From assembly GCA_003553895.1 (NCBI GenBank), contig PWFM01000207.1:1-39210 (forward strand): 39,210 nucleotides of DNA. Direction: 5' to 3'. Position numbers and translations under genes: made by a program. This DNA is from Syntrophomonadaceae bacterium. GTDB taxonomy: Bacteria; Bacillota; Dethiobacteria; DTU022. The notes below the pieces were generated by a model that was given only the letters and a program-made list of their open reading frames with translations, was not told where the DNA came from and did no database searches. This document shows positions 1 to 7,655 of the stretch, in pieces (position 1 is the first letter of the stretch; each line of letters opens with the position of its first letter).

Positions 1-205
1 GGATAAAAATATCCCGGCCTGCTTCGGTCAGTTTTTTAATCTGCCCGGCTATAATCCGGGTCTGGGAAGGAAGGATCAGCTTGACGTTATTTTCCATTTC
101 CGCCCCGGGCCGGTAGATCAATATATCCTGGGTTCCGCTTCCGATATCTACAGCCAGTATCCCGTCAAGATTTTGCTGGTTCTTTTGGGTCAATTGATAC
201 CACAA
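1..205 (-). CDS. Partial CDS (N-terminal ~65 codons, continues off the left edge): ASKHA-fold / DUF1786-like protein
   Basis: Not in ORF track (edge ORF). Hand translation of the minus strand gives ..LTQKNQQNLDGILAVDIGSGTQDILIYRPGAEMENNVKLILPSQTRIIAGQIKKLTEAGRDIFI. The AVDIGSGTQDIL motif resembles the phosphate-binding motif of actin/sugar-kinase-fold proteins, including DUF1786. An in-frame TAG at 212-214 bounds the ORF. Only TTG starts (205 or 193) are available, so the start is uncertain. Confidence 0.4.
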   Translation of the reverse strand, partial: MWYQLTQKNQQNLDGILAVDIGSGTQDILIYRPGAEMENNVKLILPSQTRIIAGQIKKLTEAGRDIFI

Positions 206-317
206 GCCCTTCTATGTATCCTTTCATCCTGTCTGCATTATATAACAGTTACCGGCATAATGCATTCCTACCCGGGCGCTTTTGCGGAGCTTTTTAGGGA
301 GCTGCGCACCAAAACAT

Positions 318-995
318 CTAATCCTGATCCAGCTTCAAATTTTTTAGGGTAATTGACCGGGCATCATATTCAAGCAGGCCATCCCGGCGCATTTTATTCA
401 ACTCCCTGCCTAAAGAAGACCGCTGCACCCCCAGCCTTTCCGCCAGCTCTTTCTTTGAATAATTCAACCTGATCACCGGGCTTTTTTGGAGATGGTACTC
501 GTAGGTCAAAAAAGCAATAATCTGCTGACGGATAGTCTTATGGGAGATGGTCCTGATTTTATCAGCCAGGATTAACATCCGGTCAGAGATGGACCTCAGC
601 AAAGCCACCATGAAATCGAGGTTGCTTCGGCCCAGTTCGATAATCAAAGATTTGGGCAGGCGCAGGATCACCGTATCCGCATCTGAAACCACCGTCATCG
701 GGTAAATGTTGTTAGTTGAAAAAACAAGGTGGGCCCCGATAACATTCGGCGCTGAAAAAACATTAATAGTTAAGACGTTCCCTTCCTCGTCAATCTTTTG
801 CACGGCTACTTTCCCTTCCAGGATAATATCCATGGCGTTACAAACTTCATTTTGCAAATGAATAATCTGTTCCTTGCCGTACTTTTTTATCTCATAGCTT
901 GATCTATCGAACATCCTCTTTAGCTCTTCAGTGGAAAAACCTTCGAAAAAACTCAGGCCGGCCAGGGCATCAAGGTACTTTTCAATTTTAATCAT
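318..995 (-). CDS. Crp/Fnr family transcriptional regulator
   Basis: ORF track 318..1001 (227 aa). It has an N-terminal cNMP-binding-type barrel region and a C-terminal HTH (ELAERLGVQRSSLGRELNKMRRDGLLEY). The track start is GTG at 1001. The ATG at 995 lies just downstream of a GGGGTGG SD-like run and is preferred. Confidence 0.85.
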   Translation of the reverse strand: MIKIEKYLDALAGLSFFEGFSTEELKRMFDRSSYEIKKYGKEQIIHLQNEVCNAMDIILEGKVAVQKIDEEGNVLTINVFSAPNVIGAHLVFSTNNIYPMTVVSDADTVILRLPKSLIIELGRSNLDFMVALLRSISDRMLILADKIRTISHKTIRQQIIAFLTYEYHLQKSPVIRLNYSKKELAERLGVQRSSLGRELNKMRRDGLLEYDARSITLKNLKLDQD

Positions 996-1019
996 AACCA
1001 CCCCGATTGGTCATAAATT

Positions 1020-1035
1020 AGTTACATCGGTAACT
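1020..1035. promoter_or_regulatory. Palindromic Crp/Fnr-type site AGTTAC-N4-GTAACT in the divergent intergenic region
   Basis: AGTTACatcgGTAACT is a perfect 6+6 inverted repeat with a 4-nt spacer, the same 5-N4-5 core geometry as FNR/CRP boxes. A TATACT -10-like hexamer lies at 1057-1062, which puts the palindrome centre near -41.5 of a predicted TSS at about 1069. Confidence 0.45.
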
Positions 1036-1085
1036 TTTTTATCCTTCAATTCAGAGTATACTCTAGACAAACATAAAGAGAAAGG

Positions 1086-1712
1086 ATGTTCAAAACCATG
1101 AAAAATAAGCTTCAACTGGCAGTCCAGGTTATCTTCCTGGTCCTGTTCCTGGTCCTGGTAGGAACCGGCCGGGTGCAGCTTTGGATGGGCCTGTTCCTCC
1201 TGGGAGTAGTCCTGGCCCTGCTGCTGTCAAGAATATACTGCGGCTGGATCTGCCCGATCAATACCGTGATGAACGCAGTAACCTGGATCAAGAAAATACT
1301 GGGCATTAAAGGGCAAAAAACACCGCAGGCGCTGACCAGGCCCTGGGTTCGTTACCTGGTCTTTGCCTTATTCGCAGCCACTTTCGCTGCCAGTATGATC
1401 ACCGGGCAGCAGATACCGGTCCTGCCGATGTTCTTCGCCATCGGGGTTATCCTGACCTTCTTCTTTCCAGAAGCGCTGTGGCACCGCTACCTGTGCCCGT
1501 ACGGGACGATCCTGGCCCTGCCGGCAGCAACGGCAAAGTACACTATGAACATAGACCAGGGAAAATGCACCAGCTGCGCGATATGTAAAAAAGTATGCCC
1601 GGCGGATACAGTGGAAGTAAATGATAAAAAGTATACGATCAATAAAAAAGAGTGCCTGGTCTGCCTTGATTGTTCATCCAGCTGTAAAGAGGTCGCCATC
1701 AGCTACAGTTAA
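1086..1712 (+). CDS. Membrane-bound 4Fe-4S polyferredoxin (NapH/MauN-like, COG0348-type)
   Basis: 208 aa with several hydrophobic helices. It carries CGWICPINT and CPYGT motifs plus two ferredoxin-type clusters (CTSCAICKKVCP and CLVCLDCSSSC). An alternative ATG at 1098 is possible. Confidence 0.8.
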   Translation: MFKTMKNKLQLAVQVIFLVLFLVLVGTGRVQLWMGLFLLGVVLALLLSRIYCGWICPINTVMNAVTWIKKILGIKGQKTPQALTRPWVRYLVFALFAATFAASMITGQQIPVLPMFFAIGVILTFFFPEALWHRYLCPYGTILALPAATAKYTMNIDQGKCTSCAICKKVCPADTVEVNDKKYTINKKECLVCLDCSSSCKEVAISYS

Positions 1713-1765
1713 GATTTTTGCTTTACAAAATCAGTTTTTATTTAACACCCGGGAGGTTTAATCCC

Positions 1766-2068
1766 ATGCAAGTAATAAACCTTGAAGACCTGAAAGAGTT
1801 TTCCGCATCGGATTTTATCAAAAAAGAGCTTGCGGTTACAGATAATTTCAAACTGCTCTTGATCTGCTTCGAGGCGGGCCAGGAAGTCCCACCCTGCGTG
1901 ATGGAGCGCAGCACCGCCTTTTATATTGTGGAAGGGCAGGGGAAATTCCTGGCTTCCGATCAAGAACATACCGTTACCAGCGGATCCATAGTTTTGATTG
2001 AACCTGATTTGGCCAGGCAAATCAAAGCCGACAGCCGCCTGGTGGTTCGGGCCATGCAGTATGAATAA
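1766..2068 (+). CDS. Cupin domain protein
   Basis: Track ORF 1718..2068. The in-frame ATG at 1766 is preceded by GGGAGG (1751-1756) at 9-nt spacing. The small beta-barrel-like sequence (..AFYIVEGQGKFL..GSIVLIEPD..) is typical of single-domain cupins. Confidence 0.7.
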   Translation: MQVINLEDLKEFSASDFIKKELAVTDNFKLLLICFEAGQEVPPCVMERSTAFYIVEGQGKFLASDQEHTVTSGSIVLIEPDLARQIKADSRLVVRAMQYE

Positions 2069-2080
2069 AAACCGCTTAAT

Positions 2081-2284
2081 ATGACCGTGCTGAGAAGAAA
2101 ACTTTCCATCCAGCTTAACGAACAGGAAAACCATGAATACGAGGTGGGCACCGGTTTAAAACTGGCCTGCTACTTTGGCACATCAGATAAGTATTTCGTT
2201 AATTTACAGACCGACGTAGATATAAGAGAAGAAAAGCAAAAGCACTGGAAAGAGTTGGAAGATATTAAGCCTATTCACGCTTAG
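2081..2284 (+). pseudogene. HigA-family (XRE-type) antitoxin remnant: only the C-terminal half is recognisable
   Basis: The 67-aa ORF contains GLKLACYFGTSDKYFVNLQTDVDIREEKQK. This matches the conserved ..ALRLAKYFGTS.EFWLNLQ..YDL.. end of HigA antidote proteins. The N-terminal HTH helices are absent, the ORF starts 12 nt after the cupin stop, and no cognate HigB is present. Confidence 0.5.
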
Positions 2285-2391
2285 AAACGGTAAGCCGGCA
2301 TAAAAAGTATTTATTTACTGATCACAGATCTGCTGCTGTTTTACTACCCGTTGACTGGAAAAACAGTTTGATGTACGTTAGGATTATTAAT

Positions 2392-2427
2392 GGAAACTTG
2401 AGTAATATGAAGTTTCCTTTTTATTTT
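2392..2427 (+). terminator. Rho-independent terminator
   Basis: The stem GGAAACTT (2392-2399) / AAGTTTCC (2410-2417) has a 10-nt loop and is followed by TTTTTATTTT. Confidence 0.7.
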
Positions 2428-2485
2428 CAAAGCTGTTAAAAAGAACCGTTTATTGTTAAACTGCTATAAAGGAGGAAACTCTAAA

Positions 2486-4138
2486 ATGGACAACAGCTGC
2501 AGCCAGGAGCTTAGCGACAAGATAGAAGGCCGGAATTTTAAAAAGTTCGGCCTTGACATGAACCCGGTTGTGTCTTTCGCCAGTGCGGCGATCATTATAG
2601 TGATCTGCCTTTACGCGCTCTTGAACCTGGAACAAGCCTATGACTTTGCCATTTTGATTCAGGAAATTATCGCCCGCCAGCTTGACTGGGTATTCATTTT
2701 ATCCAGCAATTTTATCGTTATTATCTGCATTTTCCTGGCCCTGTCCAGGCTGGGTAATGTCAGGATCGGCGGTGTCAACTGCGAAAAAGAATTCGGCAAC
2801 TTCGCCTGGTATTCGATGTTGATTTCAGCGGGCATGGGTATCGGCCTGATGTTCTGGGCCGTCGGTGAACCCCTGACCCACTTTATTGAAGAGCCGCCCA
2901 TTTTTACCCATTCCGATGCCTCTTTCACGGCCATGGCCACGACCTTTTATCACTGGGGCCTGCACCCCTGGGGAATTTACGCCCTGATGGCCCTGGCCCT
3001 GGCCTTTTTCGCCTACAACCGCAATATGCCTTTATCTCTGCGTTCGGTATTCTACTTTTTATTCAAAGATAAAATCTACGGAATTATAGGCGACATTATC
3101 GACACTTTTGCGGTCCTATCCGTACTGTTTGGCCTGGCGGCTTCACTGGGCCTCGGCGTCCAGCAGATCAACAGTGGCCTGGACTACCTGCTGGGCACCG
3201 GTATAAGCATTTGGATCCAGGTGCTATTAATAACGCTAATCACCCTGGTGGCAATAATATCGATTATCCTGGGTATTCACAAAGGAATCAAAACCCTGGC
3301 CATGGCTAATATGTACTTGGCATTTGTCTTTATGATGGCTGTTTTTATCCTGGGGCCAAGCGCCTACATCATCCGCCTCTTTTCGAATTCACTGGGGGTA
3401 TATTTCAGCAGCCTGGTCCAGTATTCTTCCTTTCTCCCGGTAGATGGCAGCGCCTGGCAGGCTACCTGGACCATTCCCTTCCTGGCCTGGTGGATCGCCT
3501 GGTGCCCCTTCGTAGGGATGTTTATCGCCAGGATATCGGTTGGACGCACGGTCAGGGAATTAATTGTCGGGGTCCTGCTGGTCCCCTCGCTGCTGTCCTT
3601 TTTCTGGCTGACAGTCTTCGGGGGTGCGGCAATCAATATCAACCAGATTTACGATGGCGCCCTTTTCGAAGTGGTGCGGGACAACCTGCCGATAGCATTA
3701 TTCGAGCTGATCACCTTTTTAAATATCCCCCTGGCAGAAGATATATTCAGGGTTGTAATCTACATCGTGGCCACCGCCCTGGTCGTTAACTACTTTGTCA
3801 CCTCTTCAGACTCCGGTTCCCTGGTAGTGGACAAAATCGCTTCCGGCGGAAAGATTGAATCCCCGACAGCACAGCGGGTTTTCTGGGCCGTGATGGAGGG
3901 TTTGCTCGCCGCCACCCTTCTCCTGATCGGGGGAGACAGGGCCCTTGAGGTATTGCGATCAGCTGTAACCAGCGCCGGCCTGCCCCTGGCTATCATCCTG
4001 GTTTTGATGACCTTTTCCTTAATCCGGGGCATAGCAGTGGCCCATACAAAACAGATGAGGATCAAAGATTACCAGAAGATAGATAGGATCCTGAAGAAGA
4101 AATTGGACCAGGGAAATAGCGGCGGCCATGAACAATAA
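2486..4138 (+). CDS. BCCT family (betaine/carnitine/choline) transporter
   Basis: Track ORF 2453..4138. The ATG at 2486 is preceded by AAGGAGG (2469-2475). The protein is polytopic and carries the BCCT signature region WTIPFLAWWIAWCPFVGMFIARISVGRTVRE. Confidence 0.9.
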   Translation: MDNSCSQELSDKIEGRNFKKFGLDMNPVVSFASAAIIIVICLYALLNLEQAYDFAILIQEIIARQLDWVFILSSNFIVIICIFLALSRLGNVRIGGVNCEKEFGNFAWYSMLISAGMGIGLMFWAVGEPLTHFIEEPPIFTHSDASFTAMATTFYHWGLHPWGIYALMALALAFFAYNRNMPLSLRSVFYFLFKDKIYGIIGDIIDTFAVLSVLFGLAASLGLGVQQINSGLDYLLGTGISIWIQVLLITLITLVAIISIILGIHKGIKTLAMANMYLAFVFMMAVFILGPSAYIIRLFSNSLGVYFSSLVQYSSFLPVDGSAWQATWTIPFLAWWIAWCPFVGMFIARISVGRTVRELIVGVLLVPSLLSFFWLTVFGGAAININQIYDGALFEVVRDNLPIALFELITFLNIPLAEDIFRVVIYIVATALVVNYFVTSSDSGSLVVDKIASGGKIESPTAQRVFWAVMEGLLAATLLLIGGDRALEVLRSAVTSAGLPLAIILVLMTFSLIRGIAVAHTKQMRIKDYQKIDRILKKKLDQGNSGGHEQ

Positions 4139-4226
4139 CATACCAACACCTTTTTCAAGCAAAAGTTAAAACGATACCCGGCTCATACTTGATGCTTAAA
4201 TGTAAAGCAGGTTTATTTTTAGTAAA

Positions 4227-4320
4227 GGTAATTCTGCCCGGACAGGGATTTTAAAAAAAGAACAGGGGGTTGGAAAGGCTGTAAAAGCCATGGAAAAAAT
4301 TAAAAGCAGGCAGAATTACC
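4227..4320. repeat. 12-bp perfect inverted repeat (GGTAATTCTGCC ... GGCAGAATTACC) enclosing 70 nt
   Basis: The arms are at 4227-4238 and 4309-4320, with an inner small hairpin GGCTgtaaaAGCC. It lies between the convergent BCCT and toxin genes. Function is unknown; it could be a long stem-loop or bidirectional terminator. Confidence 0.4.
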
Positions 4321-4350
4321 GTGCTTTCAAACAGGATACATATTTAAAAA

Positions 4351-4638
4351 TCATGCCTTGTTTCTGAGATTGTTTTTTAAATTTCGATAGTAGTTTTCAT
4401 GCGGTCCGATCATGATTAACTCCAAGGTTTCAGGATCGGGAAAGCGGTAAGCCAGCAAGTAAGGCTGGTTTTGAAGCTTGAATTTATAAACAAAAACCCC
4501 CCGCAAGTCGCCTTTCTTCTTCTGGCCGATATTAGGATTGCCGGCAATTGTCTTAATGTTATCGTCAAGGTCATTTTTCTGCTGAGGGCTTAATTTCTTG
4601 ACTTTCTGCTCAAAAGACCTCGATTGATATATTTTCAT
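4351..4638 (-). CDS. Type II toxin, RelE/ParE superfamily
   Basis: 95 aa, small and basic, with ..GDLRGVFVYKFKLQNQPYLLAYRF.. resembling RelE/ParE-fold toxins. It starts 6 nt downstream of the antitoxin-like ORF. Confidence 0.75.
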   Translation of the reverse strand: MKIYQSRSFEQKVKKLSPQQKNDLDDNIKTIAGNPNIGQKKKGDLRGVFVYKFKLQNQPYLLAYRFPDPETLELIMIGPHENYYRNLKNNLRNKA

Positions 4639-4644
4639 CTGCCT

Positions 4645-4863
4645 TTACCCAAACTTGTATTCAACTTTTTCATCCCGGTCCAGTTCTTCAAGCCCTATCA
4701 GCAGTTCTTTTATCAGATCATAGGTTAAATCCGGATTTTCTTCAGCATGCTTGCCAATTGCCGCCCAGTGTTCAATTTGTCCAGCCACAGAACGATGTTC
4801 AACCCGGCTGTATTTTTTTGCTTCATCCGCCAAATTATCTGATACCCTGATTGCTTTAGCCAT
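4645..4863 (-). CDS. ParD-like antitoxin
   Basis: 72 aa: MAKAIRVSDNLADEAKKYSRVEHRSVAGQIEHWAAIGKHAEENPDL... resembles ParD-like (PF11903-type) antitoxins. TAAGGAGG precedes the ATG. It lies upstream of, and is tightly coupled to, the toxin ORF. Confidence 0.65.
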   Translation of the reverse strand: MAKAIRVSDNLADEAKKYSRVEHRSVAGQIEHWAAIGKHAEENPDLTYDLIKELLIGLEELDRDEKVEYKFG

Positions 4864-4903
4864 AATTTATCACGCGCCTCCTTATATAGAGCTCTGTACC
4901 TGG

Positions 4904-4948
4904 ATCATACCGCATTGTATTGCATTATGCAACTATTTATTGCAATAA
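4904..4948 (-). promoter_or_regulatory. Promoter of the antitoxin-toxin operon with overlapping palindromic operators
   Basis: On the minus strand: -35 TTGCAT (4932-4927), 17-nt spacer, -10 TATGAT (4909-4904). The -35 lies inside the palindrome TTGCAT-T-ATGCAA (4920-4932). A second perfect 12-bp palindrome TTATTGCAATAA sits at 4937-4948. Confidence 0.55.
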
Positions 4949-5036
4949 ACTAAAACTCTGCTGATATTTTTTAACCACTCCAGCAGGTTTTCCTATAATA
5001 ATTCTCCCGATAAGCAAAACCCATAAGGAAGAAGTC

Positions 5037-5095
5037 TTGACTTGATCTCAAGTTAGAGTTACGATATCGGTAATCGATATCGTATTACGATATAT
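5037..5095 (+). promoter_or_regulatory. padR promoter with overlapping inverted-repeat operator
   Basis: -35 TTGACT (5037-5042), 17-nt spacer, -10 TACGAT (5060-5065). A perfect inverted repeat ACGATATCG-gtaat-CGATATCGT (5061-5083) starts in the -10. A third half-site ACGATAT lies at 5087-5093. Confidence 0.55.
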
Positions 5096-5108
5096 TGAGG
5101 TGCCAGTC

Positions 5109-5420
5109 ATGGAAAACAGGATTTTACGAAAGCTTTTTTTGGGGTTCATCCAGGTCCATATTCTATACCATGCCAGCAAAGAGCCGGTCTACGGCGTTTA
5201 CATGATTGAAGAATTAAAACGCCATGGCTATGAGGTTAGCGCCGGAACAATTTACCCGATCCTGCACAACATGGTTGATGAAGGTTTGTTATCGGTAGAG
5301 AAAAAAGTTGTCAACGGCAAGTTGAGAAAATACTCCACCATTACCCCGGAAGGGAAAAAAGTCTTAAAAGAGGCCCGAGAAAAAGCAGAAGAACTGCTCC
5401 GGGAATTAAGGGAAGAATAA
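5109..5420 (+). CDS. PadR family transcriptional regulator
   Basis: Track ORF 5100..5420. The ATG at 5109 lies 8 nt after GAGG. The winged-HTH sequence ILYHASKEPVYGVYMIEELKRHGYEVSAGTIYPILHNMVDEGLL is typical of PadR. Confidence 0.85.
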   Translation: MENRILRKLFLGFIQVHILYHASKEPVYGVYMIEELKRHGYEVSAGTIYPILHNMVDEGLLSVEKKVVNGKLRKYSTITPEGKKVLKEAREKAEELLRELREE

Positions 5421-5497
5421 AAGGATAAACCTAAACTAGTATCGCCGGCTTAAAACATCGGATACAAAACTGAAGCCGGGAACCGGGAGAGGATCAT

Positions 5498-6139
5498 ATG
5501 TTTTACTTGAAAGATGTCCAGTTCAAAGATGTTTTGAAAATAGAAGAGCTGACCATAGAAACCGGAAAGATCACCTGTATCGTAGGTGAAAGCGGCAGCG
5601 GTAAAACCACACTCCTGAAAGTGCTCAATCACCTGATCAACTACGAACAGGGGCAAGTCAACTACAGGGGAGAAGATTTAAAAGAACTGGATGCTATCGC
5701 CCTCAGAAGAGAAGTAATTTTAGTGCCCCAAACCCCGGTCATTTTCCCCGGAACGGTCAGGGACAACCTCCAGATCGGCCTGCTGTTTTCTAAAAAAGAA
5801 CCGGTGCCCGACGAGAGGCTGCTCGCAGAGATTTACAGGCTCGGCCTTTACAAGCAGCTGGAAGATCAAACAGAAACTTTTTCCGGCGGTGAGAAGCAGC
5901 GCCTGGCCCTGGCCAGGGTCATATTGATGGACCCGGAAGTCCTGCTGCTCGACGAACCGACCTCTGCCCTGGACGACAACACCGTAGATAAAATTATGGG
6001 CCGGATCCTGGAGTATGTCAAGGAAGGGCAAAAAACCCTGGTTATGGTTACCCATTCCAGGCAGCTGGCCCAAATGACGGGAGAAAAGATTATCACCCTG
6101 GAAGACGGATCGGTTTCAGGCATCGAGGAGGTCGCTTAG
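5498..6139 (+). CDS. fetA: ABC transporter ATP-binding protein, FetA/YbbL-like
   Basis: 213 aa with Walker A GESGSGKTT, signature FSGGEKQR and Walker B LLLLDEPTSALD. It is translationally coupled to the UPF0014 permease that follows. Confidence 0.75.
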   Translation: MFYLKDVQFKDVLKIEELTIETGKITCIVGESGSGKTTLLKVLNHLINYEQGQVNYRGEDLKELDAIALRREVILVPQTPVIFPGTVRDNLQIGLLFSKKEPVPDERLLAEIYRLGLYKQLEDQTETFSGGEKQRLALARVILMDPEVLLLDEPTSALDDNTVDKIMGRILEYVKEGQKTLVMVTHSRQLAQMTGEKIITLEDGSVSGIEEVA

Positions 6140-6140
6140 A

Positions 6141-6929
6141 ATGAACGAAATTGCAGAAATTGGAACCTGGCGGTTGTTGTCGGCTTATTTATTCCTGGTA
6201 ATCTTGCTGATCCTGGTCAACCGGAAGGGCATCGGGAAGGAAAAAGAAATCTTTTTTTCCGCCCTGCGCATGACAATACAGTTAATCGCCGTCGGCTATA
6301 TCCTGATCTATATTTTTGAGCAAAAACATGTGGCTATTACATTGCTGGTCCTTTTGGTAATGCAGTTCTTTGCCGTCCGCAATATCTATGACCGGGTAAA
6401 AGTGCCGATTAAAAAGAAGCTGCGTCACGTGATTATTCTTTCCATGGTTGCAGGCACAGGCTTTACCATCTTTTATTTCTTGCTGCTGGTGATCAACATC
6501 GAACCCTGGTATGAACCGCGCTATTTTATCCCCATCGCCGGGATGATTATCGGCAACTCCATGACCGGCATTTCTATTGGGGTTGAACGGCTGATCGGCG
6601 AAATGAAATCAAAGAAGGAACAAATCGAGGGCGCGCTCATGCTCGGGGCCACCCCCCAGGACGCCACAGCCATGATCGTAAAAAACACTTTTACCGCGGC
6701 GATCATGCCGGCCATCAACACCATGGTCGGGATGGGCATCGTCTTTTTACCGGGCATGATGACGGGGCAGATTTTGGCCGGGCTCTCGCCCCTGGTTGCC
6801 ATCGAGTACCAGATTGCGATCATGCTGAGCATCGTAGGGAGCGTCACCATCACCGTCTTTATGCTCACCAGGTTCGGTTACATTGTCTTCTTCAACAGGT
6901 GGAGCCAGCTGGAAGAAAACGATACTTGA
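6141..6929 (+). CDS. fetB: FetB/YbbM (UPF0014) family ABC permease, putative iron export
   Basis: 262 aa and polytopic. The conserved C-terminal block MLGATPQDATAMIVKNTFTAAIMPAINTMVGMGIVFLPGMMTGQILAG matches the FetB/YbbM family as I recall it. Confidence 0.75.
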   Translation: MNEIAEIGTWRLLSAYLFLVILLILVNRKGIGKEKEIFFSALRMTIQLIAVGYILIYIFEQKHVAITLLVLLVMQFFAVRNIYDRVKVPIKKKLRHVIILSMVAGTGFTIFYFLLLVINIEPWYEPRYFIPIAGMIIGNSMTGISIGVERLIGEMKSKKEQIEGALMLGATPQDATAMIVKNTFTAAIMPAINTMVGMGIVFLPGMMTGQILAGLSPLVAIEYQIAIMLSIVGSVTITVFMLTRFGYIVFFNRWSQLEENDT

Positions 6930-7046
6930 TTGAAAAGGCAGCCTCTTGTTCCTGGTTTAAGTTTTTTTGATTGGATTGGGAAAGAAGTCGTTTTGGCGTT
7001 GTTATTGCTACGTGGGAAAAGCAGGAATCGGTTCAATCTCTGTAAA

Positions 7047-7469
7047 TCACTTAACTCTAATTTCCACCTCTTCCACCTGCTTATCCACGATCCGGAAGGC
7101 CCGTAAAACGGGCTTTTTCACATCTGCAAAAGAAGCGATCAGGTAATACGCATCCGGGTAGTAGCTCTGTTTCAAGTCTGTTTCCGAGGGGTAGGCCGGT
7201 GAAGCCGGGTGGGAATGGTAGATGCCCCAGATCTCGTGGCCCTGTTCCTCTATGTCCATGATTATCCGGTATAAATCGTGGGGTTCGATATGATAGCGGG
7301 TGGTGCTCTGAAGTTCATTGCGGGCCGGGTAAAACTGAAGAGGTCCCCGGTCAGCGCTGCCGGATATAACCCCGCAGGCTTCATAGGGCAGTTCTTTTCG
7401 AGCATGCTGGAGCATCTGTTCCTTTAGGGCCCTGGTGATCGTAATTTTACTGTTTTCCATTTCCGCCAC
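7047..7469 (-). CDS. JAMM/MPN+ metallopeptidase (Mec+/QbsD-like)
   Basis: 140 aa with an upstream Glu (PYEACGVISG) and an exact JAMM motif HSHPASPAYPSETD (HxH-x7-S-xx-D). Confidence 0.85.
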   Translation of the reverse strand: MAEMENSKITITRALKEQMLQHARKELPYEACGVISGSADRGPLQFYPARNELQSTTRYHIEPHDLYRIIMDIEEQGHEIWGIYHSHPASPAYPSETDLKQSYYPDAYYLIASFADVKKPVLRAFRIVDKQVEEVEIRVK

Positions 7470-7655
7470 CCCGATAGAAGTGTGATTATGCTCTTATTCA
7501 GGCTATGATCTCGCCACTATTTTACCATCCCAGCCCTGTCTTTGCCTGCAGTTTTTAACCTGCTTTTTAAACCTGAATCCAGCATAACATCAAGAGGCTT
7601 TTTCTCCTGGAAACTAAAACTCTAATCAGAATGGCAGGCAGGCCCCGGACTCTCA

